In this document: positions 10,660 to 24,633 of the stretch, in pieces | Numbering within the stretch: position 1 is the stretch's first letter | Layout of the letters: every line of letters begins with the position of its first letter | NCBI GenBank assembly: GCA_030390025.1 | Contig: CM059432.1 | Span: 51,400,001 to 51,464,000 of the forward strand | Direction: 5' to 3' | Origin: Squalus acanthias | Taxonomy: Eukaryota | Length of the DNA stretch: 64,000 nt | The notes under the pieces: model-generated | What the model was told of the DNA's origin: nothing | Database searches by the model: none | Seen by the model: only the letters and a program-made list of their open reading frames with translations | Position numbers and translations under genes: made by a program

Positions 10660-13635
10660 AAAACAGGCTTTCTTTCACTCCAACTGCCTATCCTTTGGCC
10701 CTCCATTCACAACAATACTTCTGCAGCTTTTGATTTACTCAATGACTTCCTCATCTTCGCATTTGACGCCTTCATCACCAGAAAAAAACATTACTCTCTT
10801 CCATCCCGATCATTCCCTCAGCATGGCCCCCATCCTCTATCCCTCAAGTATAAGAGACACAGACTTGAGCATATCTACCAAAGCCATCCACTACTCCTGG
10901 ATCATCTTGGAGAGCAAAGATAACTCCTGGTTTCTTTTCACTGCTACCAACTGTCTCCTTAAACTTCTCTCCCCTGCCCCTCCATCCTCATCTCCAACAG
11001 CAAGTGTGAGGAGCTCACAAACCTCTATCACAAGGATTGAGACCATCCATTCAGCTTCCTCTGCCGCTTCTCCCCTTCCGCCTTCCCACCAAGGCAAACC
11101 TCCCTCCCCCTCATCCCCAGGCTCCTCACCGCCATAGCTATGAACCGGCATCTCTCTCTGGTATCTCTACCATCTCTCTTCATGCCCTCTCCGGGTTCAT
11201 CTTGTCCAAGAGATCCATTTCCTACTCACTTGACCACATTCTCACTTAACTGCTGACCACCCAGCTTTCCTTCCTGGCCCCCGTGCTAGCTGACATTGTA
11301 AATAGGTCTCTCTCCTCAGATATTGTCCCCTTCCTTTACTAAGATCTGTCATCATCCCCTCCTCTAAAAACCCACCCTCTGTCCTTGCAAACTAACACTC
11401 CATCTGCACACCCTCTTTCCTCTCCAAAATCCTAGAAATTGTTGTTGCCCCTTAAATCTATGCCCATCTTTCCCAAAACTTCCTGATTGAATCTTGTCAA
11501 TCAAGTATCCAGCCCTGTCACAGCTTTGAATCAGTTCTAATCCTCTGGAACTGTGACTGTGGTGCACTATCCCTTCTTGTTCTCTCTGCAGCTGTTGACA
11601 TGGTCAACACACCATCATCCTCCAATACACCTCTTCATTTGTCCAGCTCAGTGGGACTGTACTTCCTTGGTTCCGCTCTTACATTTATGATCATAGCCAT
11701 GGTATTTCCAGTAATGGCTACTCTCCACTCCCCCCACTACACACACACATTTTTACCACTGGAACACGCCCCCCCACCAAGAATCTATCATTGGTCTCTT
11801 CTTATTTTTCATCTATATCATGGCCCAAAGTGACATGGAGTCAGCTTCCACAGATGGGCTGGATTTTCCAAGCCCCGAGGAGGCGGGCATGAAGGCGGGC
11901 CAGCCGATAAACTCGGAGAAAGTGGGGCGGATGGCAAACCCGCCCCATCCCACCTCCGTGCCCTTTTGCCAGGAGGCGGGAAGATGTGCAGCTTCGGGTC
12001 CTGTCTCCTGGAGGCGGGAAAGTCATTTAATCCTTTTAACTGCCTGTTAACAGGTAGTTAACAGGCAGAAAAAAGGATTAGTGCCATTTTTCCTTCACAG
12101 GTGAAGGCTTCCCGACCTCGGAGAACCCCATTGGGTTGGAGGAGACGTGGAGGAGGTCTGCGCTGGTCGGAGGCACCTGGAAGTAAGGTGTAGAGGTGAA
12201 TGATGGGTGCAAGTGTGGAGTGGTAAGTATGTAAGGTGAGTGATAACTTTAAAAAAGTGTGCACTTACCTTGTTTTCTTTCTACAGCCTTTAGCCGCACT
12301 GGATGGGGAGAGCCGATATTTTCCTTGTCAATTTCACATAATGGCTGTTGGATCCTCCGATCTTACAGACATGTGAAATTTACAAAGTTGAAATGTTTGA
12401 TGAGTCCTCACCACAAAGGCTCATCCATCTAAAGAGAATGGCAGTGTTTGACAGCTTCACAGAGCTGTCAAATGCTGTCATTTCTTCTTTCAAGAAGTCT
12501 TGACAGATAGCACGTCTGACGTTGACGTGATCTGTTAGTGACTTCCTCCCTAATTGACCTGCTGAGCCCGCAGGGCGGGCTTAACAAGCTCAATCAGGGG
12601 AAAATCCTTCTGATTGGTCAGGCGAGGATGGAGGCGGGACATTGACATGACAAGCAGCAGTCCCACCTCCAACTTGCCTCCATTCACAAAATCCAGCCCA
12701 ATGACTACACTCAGCCCTACCTCTCCACCACCACTCTCGATCCTTCTGTTAGACTTGTCTAATATCCTGTCGTGAATGAGTTCCAATTTCCTAAAGCTAA
12801 ATATTGGGAAGAATGAAGATATTGTCTTCAGTCCCCACCACAAACTCTGTACTCTGTACCCTTGCTTCCGATTCCATCCCAGTCACTAGCAATTCTCAGG
12901 CTGGAACATACTGTTGCAACCTTATCCATATCAATTCCAGGCTGAGCTTCTGACCCCGTTAACTTCCCCATCACAAAGACCATTTACTTCCATCTCCATT
13001 ATATTGCCTGCCCTTGTTCCCCTACCTGAGCCTATCTACTGCTGAAACTCTCATTCTTGCCTTTGTTACCTCCAAACTCAACAATTCCAATGCTCTCCTG
13101 GCCAGCCTCATAGCCTCCACTCTCTGTAAACTTCCGCTTATTTAAAACTTTGCTGCCTGCATCCTATCCTGCACCAAGTCTCACATCCCAATTACCCCAG
13201 TCCTCGCGGACCCGGTTTGTCTCCTGATCCCTAAATGCTTCAAAATTAAAATTCTCATCCTCATGTTTAATCCTTTCATGGCTTCGCTCTCCCTTAATCT
13301 GTAACCTCCTGCAGCCCTACAATCTCCCTCCACCCCTGAACTATTGTTTTTTTTGACTCTGGTCTCCTATGCATTCCTCTCTCCTGTTGCCTCATCATTG
13401 CTGGCTGTGCCTTAAGCTGCTTATGCCCCTATCTCTGGAATTCCATCCCAAACCCCTCTCCCTCTCCATCTCCCTCGCCTCTTTTAAGACCCTCCTTAAA
13501 ATCCACCTCTTTGACCAAGCTTATATCTAACATCTCCGTCTATGGCTTGAGGCCAATTTTTTTGAATACACCTCTGTGAAGCACCTTGGGATGCTTTTCT
13601 ATGTTAAAGATGAAGCTATGTAAATGCAATCTTTA
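10660..13635 (+). mobile_element. Old L2-clade LINE, interrupted by a MITE
   Basis: C/T-rich L2 body collinear with the 25070-26971 and 52440-55398 copies; 3' end ctgtgaagcaccttgggatg..taaatgcaa. Confidence 0.88.
11856..12699. mobile_element. Harbinger-type non-autonomous element inserted in L2
   Basis: Perfect 12-bp TIR gggctggatttt / aaaatccagccc; flanks gat/aat (imperfect 3-bp TSD); splits the L2 RT YADD region; its right end resembles 20480-20654. Confidence 0.8.
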
Positions 13636-16600
13636 AAAAATATTTTTGACACTTTGAAGTGCGATGGCCAAAGAATGACAGCTGTGTGCTAGATGCAAGA
13701 CTTTTATGTTGACAAGTGTACATGTTACACTATTTATGTTAAGGTACTGAATACAATTATTTCAGTTTCATGCCACTGCAAAAAAAAGTAAAATAATTAA
13801 AAATGAAATTTATTTGGAGTATTAGAAACAGTTGGATCTGAACAGAACCGTAATAATTTTACTTCCAGAAACCGATAATCCTATTAGCCACAACTCCTTG
13901 TAACACATGCAGTCATGCAAACGTTTTATTTCAACAGTCCCCTTTAGGTCACCAGATGTCAGCAACCTCACAGCATAAACTAATATGAATGAAATCCTTC
14001 TACAGGCAACTCACAGGAAAGACTTACCATATATGGAACAAGTCTTGCATGACATCACTGAACTTGTGTCATGAGAAAAATATTTTACATTAAGCTTAGT
14101 AGGACAAGTAATGGTTAAGCAAAACTGCCAGCTGAATCCATCAATCTGAATGCACAATATTGTTCTGATCGAGCTGTTATTTTTAAGTTTTAAAGAAAGC
14201 TATTTTCCTAGGGCTAAGGCAATAGACTGATCCAGAATCTCCCAGGAGCTGCTGTCCATTCCAGGTCTTTGTAGCAGCCTTTGTTCCTCCATCTATATAT
14301 GTATTATTTTTTTCTCTCACTCGACATTTGGTGCTGCAGCATCACTGGCTATGAGGTGCAGGCTGTAGAGACTGTGAGAATGTGCTTCACCATTCCAGTT
14401 CAGTAAATGCTATATAGTGAATGCATCAAGCCTGCTGGTCAACTGCTGTTTACTAGACAGAGCACCGTTCAGGATTAGGTGTATTTTCTACACACGTGCT
14501 CTGAACAGAGAGTGACCCCTGTGAAGAGGTGAGTGCTTTTGTTTTTATATTAGCTGCTAAATTCAACCTTTTTGACTGTCGCCATCCTCATTCTTAAATT
14601 GCTTGAAATACCCAGACTGGGCAGGCTCAGTTCATCATTTCATTTGCACAATATTTACAGGTCCAAAGCCAGGGTGTTATAATGTAAACTCACAGCAAGA
14701 ATGTATAGGCTCTTATTTTATTCCCCAGTATAAAACACACATGTGGGGTACAAAAAAAAAGCAGAGTTTGTTTTGCCTATTGGACGATACTGTGTTTTGA
14801 AGGCATTTTATAAATGGCTCAGGTTATTTAATTTTATTTCTTTCACCCAAAGCAGAAAGTCATTCAAAGCCATACTATTTACAACTGCCCCAGGGATGGT
14901 TTTAAACAGATCATTTCAAAGTGGTGTACATGCAGAATTGATTTGGAACAATTCTTATGTAAAGCGATGAATGTATTGAATCCATTTGAAATGAAACCAG
15001 ACTAAAAAGAAGAGGAATTGATTCAGGTATGTGATGACCCAGGTCCAGGATATTCACCATTCACAAGCTAAGCATTTGTTTCCATTGTTTTAGGAAGAGG
15101 TTTTCAGCTTTGAAACAAATGCTTGATTTGTGAAGTGTGCCTGGAGCAGCCTTTGCTTTTAACATCCAGCGTGAGATCTGTAAATCCCCCTGCTGTAGAG
15201 AACGCAAATTAAAGCTGTATTCAGAAGTGCAACCCACATTGTTTAAAGGTGCAAGCTTTTTTCCTTATCAGCATATGTGTCAGAGAAAGAGGTTATAGAA
15301 TATGTGATGACAGATGAATTTCAATTTATTTTGTGTCTTCTGCTTACTCTTATCAGTTGCGTTCATTTAAATATCCAGCATCATGTATGCAGCACATGGG
15401 TGCCTACGCAATAATTAGCAGGATCTGTCAGCTTTTGATTCCAGCTCATCAGCTTTCAATTAGAAACACTGACTTCTTTAACATGCATTGTTTGAGTGTG
15501 TTGTTCAGACTGTACTCTGATGGACATGGCTGTGCATGTGCAGGGCTGTTAAGCTATCATCTATATTTCTTAAGACAATGAAGTCTGATTTTGGTATGTT
15601 TCCAAATCATTAGAGTAGAAGGTTGATCAATATAGCAAATGATCGGAGTAAATACATTCAGAAAAAATGTTCCTCAAAAATCCTGTGGGATCCGAGTGGA
15701 TAACCTAGGCAAAAATGTTGTAGGAGCTCAAAGAATTTCCCACTAAAACATGTATACAGCCTTATGAAGAATTTCTGGTACGTCCTCAGAGGTTTATTTA
15801 CCTATATTTTAAGTTATTTTATACGACAATAGAAATGTAAAATCTTGTAAGAGATTTAATCAGAATAATTGGATTGATTCAGATCCATGTAAACTGAAAA
15901 GCTCTGTTATGAATGCAATGCTTATATAAAAAAATGACTCCCCCACTTCCTTCCACCTACTTCATAAACTGGATTTTTTTCTTTCTTACCTTGCCTCAGG
16001 AACCTAGTGAAAGCAGCATCTGAAGGAAGCATGTAGTGCATTGGCTACATTTCATGTTGGTGATAGCACACACTGACAAGAGAATTAGGCTTTAACACTA
16101 ACAAAAGGCGACAGCCAGAGTGCTATCAGGACAGTTTTACCATAAAAGAGGTGAGAGCCCAGGGCAGTTGTACACGTGACTGGTGTTATCCTTTTCCTAA
16201 GCTGTGTTAATGCACTTTGCCAGTTCATGGTGTGCTGTTTGTTTGGCTGTCAAACTACAGCATTTTATTGTTTGATGAAACCAGATACTGTATAGAGCGA
16301 TAGATGGCTAGTGATGTACAGTCCTCAGCTGGTCTGGGGTCAGTATATGCAAGACTAGCATATAGTCTTTGAGTAATCCATTCAATACTTTACATAATAC
16401 CATGCATGGAGCTTGGTTTCTTTAAATTAGCCTGGTTTCCTAAAAATATGCCAAGATTTTGTCATTGTAAGTAGACTGCATGGAGAAGAAACAGGTGGTT
16501 TGTAATTAAGAGTAGCAGATGTATAATGTCAGTAGTACATAATTACAATGGATATGCGATGTCAGAGGTCCTCAATTATAATAGGTGCATAGTTAGAGAC

Positions 16601-17328
16601 ATGGAATCACAAAAGACATGATATTAGAGATGCAGAGTTAAAATGGATGCCTAGGTACAGAATAACTGAAGTCTATTCCAGTTTTTCATATCAGAACGTT
16701 AACATACGAGATTATTATTTTTCTCTAAAAAAATACTGAATAAAAAGCTATTAATTATGCTTCAGCAATCTTTTGAATGAAGAGTCAATGGAAAGGTAAT
16801 TTGTTCAGGGGGAAATGCTAAAGCTAAAGAGGCAGTAAGAAAGCAGAAACAGTTAGAATTAATAATTAGAAGCGCATTTCAATTTGGACGGTTAGTGTTT
16901 TTGATTGTTCTTGTTTCTCCACCCTATTGGATTGCTCCATCTGCTGCCTTGCAGCGCTATAGATCTTTCATTCACTAGGAGGACACAGGGCGCACTGGGC
17001 TGTGGATACCTCCACAGTTATCATCAATGCCATTTCATAGTTGGCCAATAAAACGTGTGCTTGTTTTTTTTCTCTAAACACTGTTGATTCTGGCACCTAT
17101 TCCTATTCCAACAGTTCTCCATCTATCAGCCTGACTGAGAACTGATGATACCTGCCTCAGTTAGGGAAGGCAGTTCAGATTCAGATTCAAACTTGTGGTT
17201 CTCTAGCTGGAAGCTCAATGGTATACTGCTTAAGCTGTATATTACAGATTGAGTAAGCTTCTGAAGGATAGATCTTGGCACATTTAGCATTAGCACTTCA
17301 CTGTCCCATACCAGTGTCAACCATGCAA

Positions 17329-17643
17329 TAATAACGTGCAACAGAGGAGTGACACATGTGTGTGACATCAACAGGTGCTGCACAGTATACTGTGAGGCAG
17401 CTTTCTGCTGTGGGCTGTATTTGTAGTGCAGGTGGGCTGTATTTTTATGTATGTTGTTTCATAGCAATACAAAAAAATTGCAGCAAAAGTAAGACAATTT
17501 GTAAATGAGGCAGTTTCCTACTGTGAGTGTTAGACATTGCTTGTACTATAAATACAGCCCACAGCAGAAATTTGCCTCAAGTTATACCATGCAGTACATA
17601 TTAATGTCACATACATGCGTCACTCATTTGATCCATGTTATTA
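17329..17643. repeat. Degenerate long inverted repeat (arms about 105 bp), probable ancient MITE
   Basis: 17329-17432 pairs with 17538-17643 (e.g. tttctgctgtgggctgtattt / aaatacagcccacagcagaaa; gagtgacacatgtgtgtgacat / atgtcacatacatgcgtcactc). Confidence 0.8.
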
Positions 17644-18926
17644 CTCTCAAGCATAAATACAGGGAGCTCCTAAGACTGTAATCATTACCCTTCCCCCCAA
17701 TCTGATGAAAATGTGCAGTGTGAAGCAAACTTTGATGCAAACTAATACTGATATTTTACTAGCATCAACATTGTAAGTACAGCATTAGACTGAGTAACTA
17801 TTTTCATTTCAAAACTATTTCGCACCATCTGACCATTGCTGAGGTAAAACATTCATTATTTTTGTTCCCATGTGTTGTATAACAAAAATCACCAAACACC
17901 AGTGCTCGTCACAAAATGACTGGAATTGCTGTGGCAAATTGTTAAATGGCTATGGGATGCTTGCATTCCATAGAGACTTCCTGGCAATGAAAAGATACAT
18001 TCATCTTCTGCATCATATTTCTTCTTCTGAGGCTCCTGTCTCTGGTGCTTATAAGAAGAGTAGTGCCAGGTGGAATAGACTATGACTATCAGCTACTATT
18101 ACAGGTTTATGGTACTGCTGATGTTTGCATGGGAAATCAGTGTGCAACTGTGCCCCATATTCCTTATAGAAGTAGCAATGAACAGTTTAAAAAAAATCTT
18201 TATTGCAGTCTGTATTAGAATAATCAATGCTACCATCCCATTGATCTATAAAGTGTTTTATTAATTTAAAATTAAAATGCAAGCAGCTAAGCTTCATATA
18301 GCCAAAAGGCTTTGCAGTACCCAAGGCCAAAGTTGTATGTAAACCAAGAACGTTAATTTGAATCTCCACTGATTGTTAAGTAAACAATTATCTCAACTAT
18401 TTTTGTCTAATTACAAATACTCTAATCTTAATTAATTTTTTAAAACAACACAACAGAATTATTGTACAAGAGCATAAGGACAAATGCCTTTATATATTCA
18501 TCACAATATTCAGGCTCCAGATCTGACATCAGCCTGAACTAGATAAAGGAAATAAGAAGGGTTCCAAAATCTCCTTATTCATATAAAGTTGAAACAATCT
18601 TATCTACAAGTCACTGATTGTAGAATAGAGCATTGACAAGAAAATTTCATTTTCCTGCTTTCTAAAATGAATTTCCATTTTATCTGTCATATTTCTACTT
18701 TTACCCTGTCCACTTCCAGCTGTGAGGGTATCTAGACTAAGCAGCAGACTTCTCCATGCTCAATATCAATGCTGCTATGCATTGCTATTAAGAAGCATAT
18801 ACTTTGCTGAACATGGAAGGTCTTTCTGAACATCCCTCCCCTCCATCAGGCTGCCATCCTCTACTGCCACATTATAAATGATATAGAAATGTTACTCTGG
18901 ACTTGGACCCCTGAATTAGAGTTCAA

Positions 18927-20654
18927 GGGCTGAATTTTGCCGGTGCTCATAGTGTGGGTTTGGAGGCAAGTCTGCTGTCAAAATCGAAATGATTGACAGC
19001 GGGTTGGGAACCCACTCCGAACCCACCTCCATGTAAGTTTCCAAAGTATCAGGTCTGCGATTTCAGAACAGATCCGACACCAAGCAGCAGGGGAGGCATT
19101 TAAGATACTTAACTGCTTGTTAAGTGCTTGTTACATACTATTTTGCCAGCCTTTTTCTATTTTACCACATTTTTAATGGGGTTCACGTTGTTCGGAGATC
19201 ACGTGAGGTAAGTAGGTCGGGTTCTCTATGTCTCCCCATTGCTATGAATAGGTGACAGCTGCAAAAGTGGTATGGAAGCTATCATTTCACAGCTGGTCAC
19301 TTTCCAATGTCAGAAGCTTGAGCCTTCAGGACTTGGAAGACACTTTTGAGCTGTATTTAGTTTGAAAGTGTTTGGAGTAAACTCTCTATCCACTGTCACC
19401 TCCTTGGAGCAAGCTCTCTCACCATTGACAGATCGTTTCTGTCATCTCAAATTCAGCTGCCATCTATTACAGCAACGTCGCTTCCCTTGAAAAAATCTCA
19501 CCTTGGTCCCCTGAATCCCTCCACGATCAGCCCCAACACCATCATCACCAACAACAATACCAACCTTCTCTGCAATCACCTGATGCTGCACAGGACACAG
19601 GGCATCAGCACCCGACAACATTGCTGCCCGGGAGGCCAGCGATGGCATCACTATGGCCAGATTTACTTCACTTGACGCTGTACACCCTGGCTGCCACATG
19701 ATGCACCAGGTTAACACCACCCCACACCATCACCATAAAGAATTCCTACAATGACCAAGCCATTCATTTCACACTCATCACCATTGCGGGGGGTACCGTT
19801 ATGCCTCACCATTCATTGCAACTCACTAAGACAATTCCAAGGGTGAGCACAGATCTGTCCAAGAATGCAAAGTGATGGAAATATAGATTTCAATGTTTGA
19901 CAATACATTAACAGAAACTTCACATGAACATTGGCTAAACCACCCAAATGCCTACCCTTGTGTGTTGTCAGTTCGTATGCTTGCACTAGGATGAGGGTGA
20001 ATGTGAGGGGTGGCTAGCGAGATGGGGAAGTGATAATGTAGATTGAGAGGGATGGGTGGAGGTGCAAGGTAAGTTGGTGTGAGTAAAGATGTGCAGGAGT
20101 AGGGTAGGGAAGGCAGAGTGATGTGGATGTGATGACAGGCACAGCAGGATGAGGTTGAGTGTGGCTCGGCAGTAACGTTTCGTGATCTGCTCAGATCATT
20201 GAAAGGTTTGCACCACTGCAGCCTGGTCCTTCTGACGACATTTCTGCTTTTGCTCTCCTGTGCAATGTGCAACCAGACTGCGTTGGTGTCCTGGGGAGGT
20301 CTCTTCCGCCCTTGGAAGGGAAGAGAACCTCCCTGTGGGCTGTGACTCCCTCCATAAGCATATGGAGGGAGTCATGCGAGAGCCTGGGTGCAGCCGTGCT
20401 GCAGAATACTGAAAGCACAACTGTCAAAATGAATGCGGTCGTTGTGCCTTTAAAGAAACTGACTGATGACGCATCACCAAATGACGTCATCAGACCCGCT
20501 TCCTTTTAATTGGCCGGGAACCCTGCAGGGCGGGCTTAACAAGCCCTATCAATGGAAAATCCTTTTTACAGAGCGGCTGCAGCCGGGAATGGGACTGGAA
20601 CCCGCCAACCACCTCTCCTGCCGCGATCCCGCCTCCGCTGACAAAATCATGGCC
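18927..20654. mobile_element. Internally deleted Harbinger element with decayed Myb exon 1 on the minus strand (~20400-20172)
   Basis: Degenerate TIR gggctgaattttgcc / gacaaaatcatggcc. Minus-strand frames give AAPRLSHDSLHMLMEGVTAHREVLFP..WLHIAQE..RRTRLQWCKPFNDLSRS, homologous to the 4297-4058 exon. Confidence 0.8.
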
Positions 20655-20835
20655 AAAAAACTGCATTGTTCTTCCACTGAGTAGCAGAATGAGTGATTGC
20701 ACCCATGATTACCGATATGCTGAGTTCTTGTCAGCTGTGGCATCGGGAGCAGATGTGGAATGAAGGCCAGATGCTTTGCCAGTAAGGGAGGTATAAATAA
20801 GTCATCCTAAACCAATTCCTGTACAACTCCCTTTT

Positions 20836-21163
20836 AAAAGAAAAGAAAGACTTGCATTTATATAGTGCCTTTTACAACCACCGGACTTTACAGTCAATGA
20901 AGTACTTTTCAAAGTGTTGTCACTGTTGTAACGTAGAAAACACGGCAGCCAATTTGTGCACAGCAAGCTCCCACAAACAGCAATGTGATAATGACCAGTT
21001 AATCTGTTTTTTAGTGATGTTGATTGAAGATTAAATATTGGTCAGGACACTGGGGATAACTCCCCTGCTCTTCTTCGAAATAGTGCCATGGGATCCTTTA
21101 CGTCCACCTGAGAGAGCAAACAGGACCTCGGTTTAACGTCTTATCCGAAAGATGGCACCTCAG
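20836..21163 (-). mobile_element. SacSINE1/DeuSINE-type SINE, 5'-truncated
   Basis: Reverse-complement match to 58260-58588 (Deu domain ctctctcaggtggacgtaaaggatcccatggcactatttcgaagaa; L2-like tail). Confidence 0.88.
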
Positions 21164-21429
21164 TGGAAATATGCAGGATGTGCAGAGATGTAAAACAAGA
21201 GAGAAAGGAACTTAAAAATATGTTTTTTTAAGTTATTATTTTAATCTAACATTTCAGTTGTTTCTATTGTCTTGGCGCCACTATTCCCAGGTTCTGTATT
21301 GTTCCCTTTAGATGCCGAAAAATTCTCAGGTAGGGAGGGGCCAAAATAGCAAGAAATGTAAGTTCCTGTACATTTATATCCTGACTTATAATTAGATACT
21401 ACTTGTCTCTATTTGTCAGATGTAAATAA

Positions 21430-22297
21430 TAGACAGATGACAAATAATTCGAGTGTTAAACTGGAAGAATGCAAGATACTGTAGGAGGAAATAATCAGGA
21501 TAGGACAGTGGGCAGATATGGGGCAAATGAGACTCCATATAGGTAAATGTGAAATAGTACATTTTGAGAAAACAGAGATTGCAAAATACCAGAAAAGCTA
21601 AAGTTCTCAATGCAGTGGAAGAACGGAAAGGTCTCAGAGTACAGACACACAGATCATTAAAAACCAGATTGCAGGTGCAAAATGTCATTAAAACAGCAAC
21701 TGGGATACTGAGCTTAATATGTAGTACCATTGAATACAAAAGTAAGGAGTTGTTCATGAATCTGTAGTAAATGTTAGTTAGTCTATAGTTAATGTAGTTT
21801 TAGGCACTCCCTTATAGAAAAAATATTGGAGCCATGGAAATTGTGCAAATTTGATTCACTAGGATGATGCCAGAGGTGGGAAAAATCTAGGGCTGTATTC
21901 ATTGGAGAAAGAGGAGGTTAAAAGCAGATCTAATGGTCAAAATGGTCAAAGTTTTGAAAGGGCTTGAGTGGGTAAATTGTGGAAGATTATTTTCATTGGT
22001 CAGCGAATCAGTAACAAAGGGGAATAAAATTAGGATTAGTAGGAACTGCATAAATGAGGATATTTATTTTCCTGCAAAGTGCTTTTAGAATATGGAATAC
22101 ATTGCCGTAAGTAACTTTTGAAGCCGAGTCGGATACAACTTTTAAGAGGCAATTAGATAAACATTTGAAGAAAAAGCTATTAAAGGGTATGGAGAAAGTG
22201 CAGGGAAATGGGATTAAGTAGACAGCTCTAATGTGGAGCTGGCACCAGTACAGGCACAATGGGGTCAAATGGCCTTCCTCTGTGCTAAAGTTTCTAT
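21430..22297 (+). mobile_element. Old CR1 LINE 3' fragment
   Basis: Degenerate ..ILSLICSTIEYKSKELFMNL..; 3' end ggggtcaaatggccttcctctgtgc..tttctat. Confidence 0.8.
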
Positions 22298-22432
22298 GGG
22301 GGAGATTTTCTACTTTTGTGCTTGTAGCATCTGTTCGGGACACATATCGTGAAATCAGCGATGCTAAGCCCGTGGTTTCTGCCTATTAAATTTAATTTCC
22401 TGCTGGGAGCACTGAAGCAGAAAACCTTCCTG
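22298..22432. mobile_element. Short hairpin MITE directly after a CR1 tail
   Basis: ggggagattttctacttttgtgct pairs imperfectly with agcactgaagcagaaaaccttcc. Confidence 0.55.
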
Positions 22433-23366
22433 AATAATTCTAAAAGCTACTGGTTAAAATTGCAGGAACGTAAACGCTAATCAGAAAAATACAAACATGG
22501 AAGGACAAATTAGAGATCACAATGAGATGCTCACAATTACATCGGATCCTCTTTCATGAATTGTAAATCAGACCTTGCATTCACACTCACCTGCGCACAT
22601 ACTATATACGCATACGCTCACACACCTTAAATATACATACACCTATACATATACAGAAATATACACAAACGTATATATGCACACTCACTCCTTGCACATA
22701 CACACCAGACCTTTCCCTTGCACAGTATAGAAATAAAAATGTTTTCAGCATCAGCAGGAGAGAAAATGCAGTGTAGGGGACAGCATAGCCGTATCAGGGA
22801 CTTGTTATTTCCTGAATTTGTGACGTACTTCTTCTTTCAAAAAAAAAATTGTAAACGAACTCTCAACACCAATGGTTTGGCGTGACATTAAGAAATGTAT
22901 GTGTGAGAACATGACGGTTTAAATTGCATCAGTTTCACACCCTAATGTGTAAGACATGACAGGTCGGAAACATTCACCATCAACAGCTTTTTGATCTGTA
23001 CATTATCTCCTCATAAAGTTATAAAGGACATTTCAAAATATCTTTCACTGTGCCGTTTTTAAAATTCTGTGTTAAATTGGTCCAACATTCATTTTACCTT
23101 TCACTGGTGAATCTACATCTTCATACAACCTGCAACTATAACTAGAAGGAGCATAATATGTGATTCACTGCGTGATTCAGTGCTCATCTTTTGCTTCATT
23201 TAAATCTTTATTTTTCTGCTGTCCATTGCTGTTTGACAATTTAGTTGGTGTTTTTAACCTTTATTTAAGATGAAACTGTGGGTTACAACTGATTATTTGG
23301 CAATCGCAGTATTTACTTAGCCTTTTCAATTATTGCAATTGTTGTATGTGCATTTTCTACCCTCAG

Positions 23367-24040
23367 TAAACTTGAGGTCATCCAAAGCTCTACTGCCCAT
23401 GTCCTAACTCACACCAAGTCCCGTTCACCCATCGCCCTGTGCTCGCTGACCTACATTGGCTCCCGGTTAAGCAACGCCTCGATTTTAAAATTCTAATCCT
23501 TGTTTTCAAATCCATCCCTGGCCTCACCCTTTCCTATCACTGTAATCTCCTCCAGCCCCACAACCAATGTTCCCTATAAGCTGTGCGGCCACGCAGCGCT
23601 CTGCAGTTCCCGCGCAACCGGCTCACCAGCTTTCAAATAGGAAAAACCGCGCATGCGTAGTTTTTTGAATGGGCCGCACAGCCCCTTAAAGGGGTCGCAC
23701 ATCCAAACAAAATTAAAGGGAACATTGCCCACAACCCTCCAAGATATCTGGCTGCTCCAATTCTCGCCTCTTGGGCATCCCTGATTTTAATCGCTCCACC
23801 ATTGGTGGCGTGCCTTCAGCTGCCAAGACCCTAAGCTCTGGAATTCCCTCCCTAACCCTCTCCACCTCTCTACCTCTCTTTCCTCCTTTAAGATGCTCCT
23901 TAAAATCTACCTCTATTTTGCCCTAATATCGTTTTATGTGGCTTGGTGTCAATTTTTGTTTGATAATGCTCCTGTGAAGCGCCTTTGGATGTTTTACTAC
24001 CTGAGAGGTGCTATATAAATACAAGTTGTTGTTGTTGTTG
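23367..24040 (+). mobile_element. L2 LINE 3' fragment with (GTT)n tail, interrupted by a hAT MITE
   Basis: Nearly identical to 26445-26971; ends gctatataaatacaagttgttgttgttgttg. Confidence 0.92.
23565..23727. mobile_element. 163-bp hAT-superfamily MITE
   Basis: TIR caatgttccctataa / ttaaagggaacattg (14/15 match); perfect 8-bp TSD cccacaac (23557-23564, 23728-23735). Confidence 0.92.
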
Positions 24041-24099
24041 TACCAGACCTCTTTTGTGTTGTGTACTTTGGAGAATAAAAATTGCATTCATGTGCTATT

Positions 24100-24600
24100 T
24101 TTTCTGAATCTAACATCCGTTTACACATTATTATTAATTTATTTATGTTCAAAAATCCTTGGACAAAATTGCACACCAAAGGCTGCTATTTAGGCTTAAA
24201 GTGGTTAGCATACAGGAGAAAATCCAATATTGGATATGAAGTTAGCCAAAAGGAAGTCACTGATGCTTCTTGGAGGAGTGATGTTGGAATGGGGCGTATG
24301 GAGGTCCTGAGTGGAGAGCAAATGAAATTGGTGCTGGGACCTGTATTATTACTAATTTAAATGAATGACTTAGGTTCAGAAGCTCAGTGCAAACTGTTGA
24401 TATTCATGCATGATACCAAACTGGAAGAGGCAATTCCAAAATGAGTTCATCAAAAAATGTAAGTCAGCAGAACAGTGGCTTATGAAAATGAATGCAGACA
24501 AGTGTGAAGAACTACACATTGGAAGAAACAATTCGCAGCATAGGTATTCTATAAAACGAAGTTGAAAGAGTTTTAGGTCCCTTGGTAAACTCAGTGCTCA
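24100..24600 (+). mobile_element. Very old CR1-like RT fragment
   Basis: Degenerate LVLGPVLLLI*MNDL..IFMHDTKL and aatgcagacaagtgtgaa (NADKCE). Confidence 0.6.
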
Positions 24601-24633
24601 ACAGCCCTGAAATTACAGGGAGTCTACAAAATC

